A stretch of DNA of 61,509 bases, filler included, from Choristocarpus tenellus KU-1152 (Eukaryota; Protista; Phaeophyceae), in the NCBI GenBank assembly GCA_964200185.2. It is 11 parts of 11 records of this genome, joined end to end, with 100 filler letters (N's around TTAATTAATTAA, not from the genome) between each part and the next. Parts side by side here need not be neighbours in the genome. Positions count along the whole stretch, not along the records: positions 45,750 to 53,937 come from CAXNAD020005027.1; positions 54,038 to 57,926 come from CAXNAD020017340.1; positions 58,027 to 61,509 come from CAXNAD020019731.1; 8 more parts are not named here. One strand, given 5' to 3'. Of the stretch, positions 53,293-61,509 are shown one piece after another (within the stretch, counting starts at the first letter, position 1; the number at the start of each line of letters is the position of its first letter). The notes below the pieces were generated by a model. The model saw only the letters and a list, made by a program, of their open reading frames with translations, had not been told where the DNA came from and did not search any database. Both the position numbers and the translations under genes were made by a program.

Positions 53293-53634
53293 GGTGAGGT
53301 GTACATGAAGGTAACCACCAATAAGGTGGCTGTTGGTGGTGCATTACCTCCCTCCCGTATATGCTGTGCTTTGTGCAATCTTTTGTGAGCGCTGGAGGTA
53401 ACTGAACCTATGATACCACACCTTACAGGATTGGCTTTCGTACTGGTGGGATGTAGTGACGTGGCTTCTTGATAAGAAGACTGGATTGAGTGTGGGCCTG
53501 TTTGCAGGCGTGTGGCGGTTCTGTGCGTATTTGCGATGCCGTCTTATTTCTGTAGTTTGTTCGCCTTGGTCTGGTTAGGGTTAGGGTTTTTGTCCTGTTT
53601 TTGTCCTGTTGTTGTCGCTGCTCAGGCGGTGCAG

Positions 53635-53937
53635 TGTTGTGTTCATAAAATACGTGAGGCGTTTGTTGATTGCGGAGGTATTTTGCTGATTTTGTTTCCA
53701 GAGCAAGCGTGCCTTGGCGTGTGCATCACGTTCATGACTTGTTGCCTGATCAACGACCTCCGATTGGGCAAAGTGGTTTAAGTCCTGGGGATCTTGTAGG
53801 TAAGTCATGTCTCTGTTGTGTTCATAAAATACGTGAGGCGTTTGTTGATTGCGGAGGTATTTTGCTGATTTTGTTTCCAGAGCAAGCGTGCCTTGGCGTG
53901 TGCATCACGTTCATGACTTGTTGCCTGATCAACGACC
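53635..53937. repeat. 179-bp-period identical tandem duplication at contig end
   Basis: tgttgtgttcataaaatacgtgagg...gatcaacgacc at 53635 and 53814. Confidence 0.9.
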
Positions 53938-55785
53938 NNNNNNNNNNNNNNNNNNNNNNNNNNNNNNNNNNNNNNNNNNNNTTAATTAATTAANNNNNNN
54001 NNNNNNNNNNNNNNNNNNNNNNNNNNNNNNNNNNNNNCACGACGGGATATCACGAAAGGGGGGTGGGCGGGGGGGGGGTTCGACACCAGAGTGTCCATTT
54101 GAACCAAAGCCAGGAAAAGTGCACATTCATTATCCATCCAACGTATGGAACCAAATCACCCAAAAATCGTGACAGGAAAAAATTGGCCCAAAATGGACAG
54201 CCGCCACCCCCCCAGATACTTTTAGCCATATCCCACCCATGTATATTCCTCTGGTTTGTCCACGTTGCTAACACTTAAAAAAAAAGAGCAGAAATGAACA
54301 AATTGTACAATCCAATGCAATATTTACCTGCACTCATATCTGAAATGCAGTCGACTCCCCTTTATGGGTGCGTGTAGTAGAGAAGATTCTTAATCATATG
54401 AAAAAAAATTCTCCCCCAAAAGCACCATCCACAGTGCTCAAAAACACATGTACCACAAGGGAGTCATGGTCGTCATCAAAACTCAGCAATATGTTCCTCC
54501 TACATATGGTACTAATGCCTATCAATATGAAGAAAAAAATTACAACAAAATTATATATATAGCACCTCTACTTTTCTATTCTAATTGATGGACAGCATTC
54601 AACTTGCAATTGCTTCCCAGTGTTGAAATGTATATATATATATATTTATGATTTTATTATATATATGTAATAAAGCTATTTTTCTATTCTGATTGATCGA
54701 TAGCATTCAACTTGCATTTTCTTCCCAGTGTTGTAGTGCCTGCCTGCGACGGGTCATTCCAGCAACAATCATATCTGTATTTATTTGCATCAACAATAGC
54801 ACTGCTATTTCAAAAGGTTGGCACAGAGGCCACACTACAAACGAACAAGAAAAGCCTTTACCACATCAGCATACCTGTACCAAGGTTTACAAAAAATAGA
54901 ATAGAACGAGAAAATGTTTTTGTCTGTCAAGCAAATAGAACATCGTGAGCAGCACCTGAATACTAATAATATTCAGTGTGCAACAAGATTTTTTTTTTTT
55001 CCTACTTCTGTCTTGAAAACAAAGAATATTCAGGCACTAGCAAGCAGCGAGTGCGTATTTCAATCCATTTCGGTGCCTCCTTATTGCAGATTTCACCAGG
55101 GAAAAAAAAATGATCATTTTTTATAGAGCCTCCTGCACAGGAAGGATTCTAGGACAAGTCACATATATTTTGTATTGTGCCATTAATTTCTACTAAGTCT
55201 GTTTTACGGCCCAAATATAGAAGGCGTCGAGGAAGAAACTTTTGGAAACAATGCCCCCCTCCCCTCCCTCAAATTCACCAGTAAGATAGCAGGGTATTTT
55301 AAAAGCATATCTCAAGTGAAAATTAATCGATCTGAATCACAAACCAATGCCATAAGCCGCCTGTGTGTCCTTGAAGGTGTGTACTTGAAGGTGGGTGAAA
55401 CGGTACGATGACGTGATGGGTACTTAATTAATGCTTGTCGGAATAAGCAATTGAAATGCACTGTGAACTGGCGTTTGTTTCTTGCAATTGAAATACACTG
55501 TGTTGTACAACTGACCTTAAGCTATGGTAAACCCTGTACAACGCATTGACTCGCTGGCAAAAACATATTCGATTTTCGTAAGATCTCCTCTGTGTGTCCC
55601 CTCCATCGCACTGTCGGTATTTTTATTCTTAACTTTTTTTCTATTCTTTTATTTTTATTTTTATTTTTTGCTTATCTCTATTAAGTTCTCATCATTATGG
55701 ATTAAAAAAATCCTGCTTGGATTTCCCCACTCAACCTGTCCCTCCCTCCTTCCCTCCCTCCCTTCCTCCCTCCCCAATTTTTCAG

Positions 55786-55993
55786 CAGTATGGAGGGTTA
55801 TAATGGTGATAATAATGTTAATAATAGTGGATATGGTGAGTTGACTCAACTGGCATTGCTTGAGTCAACACTGTCGAACAGCGAGGCTAAGGCTATGAAG
55901 TGGGACCAGGATATTGAGGCCAAGCGTATGGATGCCTTCTTAGAGGAGTTGCGTCGACTGCAAGGGATACAGGGAGGAGATAAATGTTGTTGA
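55786..55993 (+). CDS. Terminal exon of unknown protein ending in -DKCC
   Basis: CAGCAG acceptor after a pyrimidine tract. ELTQLALLESTLSNSEAKAMKWDQDIEAKRMDAFLEELRRLQGIQGGDKCC*. Confidence 0.6.
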
Positions 55994-56844
55994 GGGCACA
56001 AAGAACACAACTCAAACAGAACAAGGGGAAGTTGTGGGGGGAGGGGGGGAGGCGTTTGCCTAGCTTCACTGGTGTGTTGTGTAATTTTTGTGTCAGTGAA
56101 AAATGTTGGATTAAAATGAGTTAAAAAAAAGTACTCAGTAACATGCCGTACTTAAATGAAGAAAGGAATGAACAGTTTGCAAGGCTCTATAAAACAGGGG
56201 GGTATTGATGCTTCAGAAATAGGAAGGAACGGTGATCCTGTTGATGCTTCCTTGCCGAATATGGTTATGTTGATGGTACCTTCTAAACCTTAGTTAATTC
56301 TTGGTAGAACTACTTACTTTGTTCAGAGTGTGTGTGCTCCCAGCCGGACAGCGCTGTCTGTTATACACAAGTGTGCATAATTACTAATAATTACTATCAA
56401 TACAGCATACCTCCACCGCACAATTGAGGATATTGTCGTGGCATTCATTGTGTTCTACTTTTCTTGCATGTTGCTTGTTTTATCCCCTGTGGTATCATCT
56501 GCAATATGTGAGTGGGGATATAATATAGTGGTATTTATGTAGGAACATATCTACTATGTCGCACTATGTCCCACAGTGCTTTTCTTGTCCAAAACATATG
56601 TACCACATGCGGGGTTGTGTCCTCCGAGATATACATAGTATATATACATTAAACTAGATATTATATAGCAACGTGTCTATGTGATAATGTGTATCACAAT
56701 AATGCTCTAGTCCAAAATACACATAGCGTGTATGCTTGTGTCCTTTGGGATATTGCTATTTCTTCTTACCTTTTGCATATCATATTACATAATATTCATA
56801 TCCCATTCATTGCTTGTGTCCGAAATATTTGGGAAAACGTTTAA

Positions 56845-57118
56845 AGAGTCGAAGTAAACGAGGGGTACCCAGAGTTGCATTTTAAGGATGAAAACAAGTA
56901 CGTGCAAAACACGACATTTTTTACAAAAGTATGTAGGGTATTTTTTGTTTATTGGTGTTGGAAATATTTAGAATAATAATAAAGAAATAAATGCTTTTGA
57001 GTCAAACTTGGAACTTCATCCATAGAAGTATACAGGTGAATTCCAAAAGATCGAAAAAAACAGGGTCAAATGGCAAAACGGTCAAAACCTGGGGGTAGCT
57101 TTCGTTTACTTTGGCTCT
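56845..57118. mobile_element. MITE family F, flanked by TTAA/TTAA (related end fragment at ~38760-38803)
   Basis: ttaa-AGAGTCGAAGTAAACGAGGGGTACCC...GGGGTAGCTTTCGTTTACTTTGGCTCT-ttaa. Confidence 0.75.
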
Positions 57119-58337
57119 TTAAAATTTTTGTTTCTAACATGTAACTTGGGTCAAGATGCACATTACAAAAAGATAGTCCGAGATAAGTGACTGTTGTGTA
57201 GTAGGATACCTCTGCTCTAGCTGAGATTTGTGGCTGGAAAGCAAGCGACTGTCTCCCGTTCTCCTCCCCACCTTACTTCTCTCATCAACAGCCAGCTCAA
57301 ACCTCCTCTCCTTCAATGCATAATATGCAGCAATCGGAAGTCTCACACGTCCAAGCGTTAGGTGGACAAAAAAAAAAAGTGTGTTGGAGCACTGCACGCC
57401 AATAGTTATTGAACACACTCTTTTGCCATGGTGCCAACAAATGGAAGATTTCACACTACACCACAAAAAGTGTGTTACAGTTTCATCACAACACGTTTTG
57501 GACAGCGCTAACTTTCAACCCTACTGTGTGATCTCACAACATGCAGTGCAACATAGTGTTGGGCGTATTGGACTAGAGTGTTTTGAGATAAAAGTAACAA
57601 ACATTTTTTTCGAACATAAAGCGTGTGGTACAAACATTTTGTGGACTAGACTCTTAAGGAACGGGGCAGACATTATGGCGGGAGTATCCTCGTAGCTCAA
57701 CGATGGTGGAGTGTAGTTTCTCAGCTTTCCTCATAATCGAAATGCACAGATTCTAACCCAGTTATCGTCAGGTTTCCTTTCAAGGAAACGTGATTCCAAT
57801 GAACTACATGAGAAGCACATTATTGTAAAGGCACACCTGTCTTCTGGTCTTGTCAATAAACCACAAAAAAGGGGGGGGGGGCACGTAAGATCGTGATGAC
57901 AAGGCTTGATTGCAACCAGGCCAGTANNNNNNNNNNNNNNNNNNNNNNNNNNNNNNNNNNNNNNNNNNNNTTAATTAATTAANNNNNNNNNNNNNNNNNN
58001 NNNNNNNNNNNNNNNNNNNNNNNNNNATGAAAAAATTGACCCCAAATGGACAGTCGCCACCCCCCCTCCAGATACTTTGAGCCAAAAAGAAGTAATTTTT
58101 AAAAAAGGGCGAGTATGTAGGTGCTCCACAATTTCCGACAGGTATCGTTTATCTTGGGTGGGAAAGATATATGCCAATTAAACGTAGTCTGATAGACAAA
58201 AATCGTGTATATTTTTTTCTTCATCAGTGTCATTGTACTGTATAATACATCTTGGAAGTGTATATTGCATAGTATGTGTGTACACACATATTTGTTGTAC
58301 ATGAGCAATAAAAAGCACATTTTTTTTCTTTTCTAAG

Positions 58338-60702
58338 GTGGATCGCCTGCAGGGTGAAATTGAGGCCAGTGAGGAGAAAGCCAGGAAGGAAATAGATGCA
58401 TCTGTCAAGGTATGTTATCCCTCACCGGTCTCTGTTTCCAGTTTAATCCTGACCGTTGTGTTGTGAAAATATCGGTATCATTCCCCCACTTGTTACAATG
58501 GAGCTTGTCGATCTTATTTATTGTTTTTTTAGCGTAAGGTACATGTTATGAATACACAACAATTATAATTATTTTATTATTATGCAATCTGACATTTTCG
58601 AGGCATGTGAAGGGAAAAACCAATGAAAACTTTTAACATGTCAGAAAAATCCCTAAGGATTTGTAAGTTGTGAGTATAATTATTATACTTGGTAGTATTA
58701 TTGTTACTACTATATTATTATTATGCTTCGAATGATTGTAATGGTATGAATAACCGTTATTCTAATTGTTAGATTGTGCGTCCTATTACAATTGTTCTAT
58801 TTTTAATCATACTTCCCCTTACAGCTTGCTGTTGTTAGTGTTACTGATAAAATTATTATTTTTCTCATTCTTTTTTATGTTCCATCTGTGGCTACAACTC
58901 TTTGATATCTCAATATTTTAAAGCCTGGACCAGCCTGACTGATGACCTCAATGTACAGCAAATCTACTCTACGTCGTACTGATACTTGTGGTACAATATG
59001 CATGAGTGCCCATTTCTTTTTGGTCATTTGTTTCAGCTGGCCCCACCGCTCCTCAACCATCCCTCATCCACCAAATTTATTATACTTCACATGGCTAGGC
59101 TATTTCGCCAACATGTAACTTGCCCATGGTTGGACTCTCCAAAAGACCTTGTCACGTTAATAATGTTTTCAGCACCATCGGGATTCGAACTCACGAAAAC
59201 CTGTGTTCCTACAAACTCAATGGTACTCACATACCAATCAATTGGTTATTGATTGTAGTGGGCAAGAAAGGGTATATCTCCTCCAATTTTGTCCAAAAAC
59301 TGGTATAGCAGAAAACAAGTTGGATAATGGGGCCCTCCATCACTAGACCCCTGCTATAATCGTCCAATACTCATTCTTGCCCCCATATTAACAGGTACAA
59401 CAAATCTCGAGTACTCTCTGCATTGCTCACCCATTTCCATCCTCTTCTTTTTTAACTTAAATTTGTACCTGTTTTCGTTCACAGTAAGTACTCTGATTCA
59501 ACAAACAACACAACCCTTCCGTCCCATCACGCACATCTAACTTGTTCATTACCCTCATACTCATCTGCAGACAACACCAGAACTCTTCCGCCAGCACCAT
59601 TCCCTCTTTCTAGGAACTAGAAACCACTTCTGCATGCCGCAGTCGACCTTTGAAAGTCAGAACGTCCCCTAACAAGGTCCAAAGATATCTGTGTAGCTGA
59701 TGGTATGGTTGTTCTCTCAAACCCTAAATAATGTTGACTGTGTTCCATAAAGTTATTCCGTACCGTCAACTAGATTTTTTTTTTTTGCTGGTTAGGGCTA
59801 GGGCTAGGGCTAGGGTTAGGTTTCAGATGAAGGGCAACGGCGGAAAAGGAAATAGCCAGATGACTCCATCACCTGAGAGCCCTTAGGTTTCCACCCTGGT
59901 CAAGTTGATGTGAAAATGACCACTGCATTCATTTTTTATTCAAATTGTCCTTAATCTTGTTGAGGTTGAAAGGATCAGATTTGGAATGTCATTTTGGGGG
60001 CAGAGGAGAAGATGGCAACAGGTAGCTACTAATATGTACCTTAAGATACATTATCCATCCGACGTATGCAACTAAATTACACAAAAAATCGCGACATGAA
60101 AAAATTGACCCCAAATGGACAGCCACCACCCCTCCCGAGATACTTTGAGCCCAAACAGTTCTTTGTTCTTTCTTGCTATTGTATGACTCAGAGGGTGTTG
60201 GGGGGGTTTGTAGTGTAAGGCCTTTTTTCTACTGTACATCCCCCACCCCACTCACCACTGCTGTTTCAGGGAGCTCTGCACCATTGTTCTAGGGCCTTTA
60301 GCCTGGCTGTCTGTCCCCGACCCCAATACTTCTCTCTGTCTCTACCCCCCTCTCTGGTGGATGCTGTGCGCGCCATAAAGCGCCAGGCATCCCTCCAACA
60401 CTAAGAATTAAAAGTATTGTCTTGGCTACCCTTGCAATGGAGCTTCACTGCGATTTTTACTGAGGCAAGGACTTTTTTTGTCAAAGGGATCACACACACA
60501 AACACACACACAAACACACAATCAAAAGTATACAGACAGAAAAAAAAAAAAATAGATTCAATTCTTCTTTTTTTTTTCCCCCTGTGGTTATACGTATGCC
60601 TGCACAGGAGGATAACCGGAGAATGATGGTTGAGAAGGAACAAGACTTACGGCGCTGGAAGGAGGAACAAGAAGAGGCCAATGCAAATGAGATGAAATAC
60701 AG
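58338..60702 (+). CDS. Two exons (58338-58409, 60608-~60702) of a charged coiled-coil protein
   Basis: VDRLQGEIEASEEKARKEIDASVK|EDNRRMMVEKEQDLRRWKEEQEEANANEMKY, phase 0 junction. Confidence 0.65.
59792..59822 (+). repeat. Interstitial telomere-like repeats (TTAGGG/CTAGGG)
   Basis: ttagggctagggctagggctagggttagg. Smaller tracts at 16785, 25083 and 53575. Confidence 0.7.
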
Positions 60703-60705
60703 GCA

Positions 60706-60764
<59 letters not shown>

Positions 60765-60766
60765 TT

Positions 60767-61025
60767 GAGCCAAAGTATCTTAGAGGGTGGAGCCGTGTCC
60801 ATTTGGGAATCAAAATCCAGTGTTGCAATTTTAATGTAATTTTGGCTGTTGTTTTTGTTAGGAAGTATCAATATCCATGTTTCGGACACACCTCTTCATA
60901 ACATACACACTTTACCTACTCCGAAACATTTTGGACCAGGAAAATGTCATAAAAGAACCAATGGGAAGCCTAGCCCCAAATGGACAAACAGGGCAAAACT
61001 CGTACCCTCTAAGATACTTTTGCTC
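60767..61025 (+). mobile_element. MITE family A, TSD TTT
   Basis: Complete TIRs, flanked by TTT/TTT. Confidence 0.9.
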
Positions 61026-61509
61026 TTTGTGCATGCACTACTATGTATGTGTCTGACCTACCAGGTGTTGTCCGTCCGGTCTGAGAGAGACATTGTAGGG
61101 TGATCACTTAACCCACCTGTTAAAGAAATTGACGTTCTCAAGACCTGCGTATGTGAATGACTCTATTAATTCCTTGTGGTGTAAATCAGGTTGTACATCA
61201 AGTAAGGATGGTGAAATGAACAAGTGAACATCCAAGCCCGAAAGGGGGGTCCTTGTCACCTTATCATTCATTCTGTGTCACTTGCTACACCCTTCCCTTT
61301 CTAGGATTCTTCTTGTTGTACTATAATAACCCGGATAATATTCTCATGGTCACTCAACACAAACCTTCCTATCAATTATCCTGTTATCGAACCATAGTCC
61401 AACAACAGATTATGGTTCAAAGTATCTGGGGGGGGGGGTGGCGGCTGTCCATTTGGGGTCAATTTTTTCATGTCGCGATTTTTGGGGGATTTGGGTTTCA
61501 TACGTCAGA

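Noticed and set aside
12938-58026. Ten regularly recurring TTAATTAATTAA palindromes
   Set aside because: Artificial six-frame-stop linkers between contigs. Gene neighbourhoods across them are not biological.
57134-59700. Decayed transposase/integrase-like frames on either side of the last linker
   Set aside because: Coding-like composition but no diagnostic motifs, so left unassigned.

Overview
Eukaryotic, intron-rich, repeat-rich DNA, most consistent with a brown alga or related ochrophyte (inferred from the FNIP and EsV-1-7-like repeats, long introns and TTAGGG tracts). The window is not a natural locus. It is 11 short contigs joined by ten identical 100-bp artificial linkers (N44-TTAATTAATTAA-N44), so adjacency across linkers means nothing. 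Recognisable spliced gene fragments: PFK-2/FBPase-2 (13.1-14.2 kb), a strongly divergent NADP-glutamate dehydrogenase-like protein (28.3-30.2 kb, minus), an N-terminal MG EF-hand calcium sensor (42.9-45.3 kb), the last exon of APC4 (45.75-45.99 kb), and a coiled-coil gene head-to-head with an FATP/SLC27-like acyl-CoA synthetase (46.6-53.3 kb). There are also several orphan exons. Contig 1 (1-12937) holds an intronless, frameshifted F-box-like/FNIP-repeat gene plus decayed virus-like fragments, possibly an old giant-virus insertion. Two identical tRNA-Asp(GTC) genes sit in a duplicated unit linked to LTR/Gag-like sequence, and there is one degenerate tRNA-Ser(AGA). The dominant structure is a clan of at least six MITE families (more than 25 copies or fragments) with related G(A/G)(G/C)YCAAAGTA termini and mixed 3- and 4-bp target-site duplications, including one nested insertion. 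All assignments are by eye; no searches were run.
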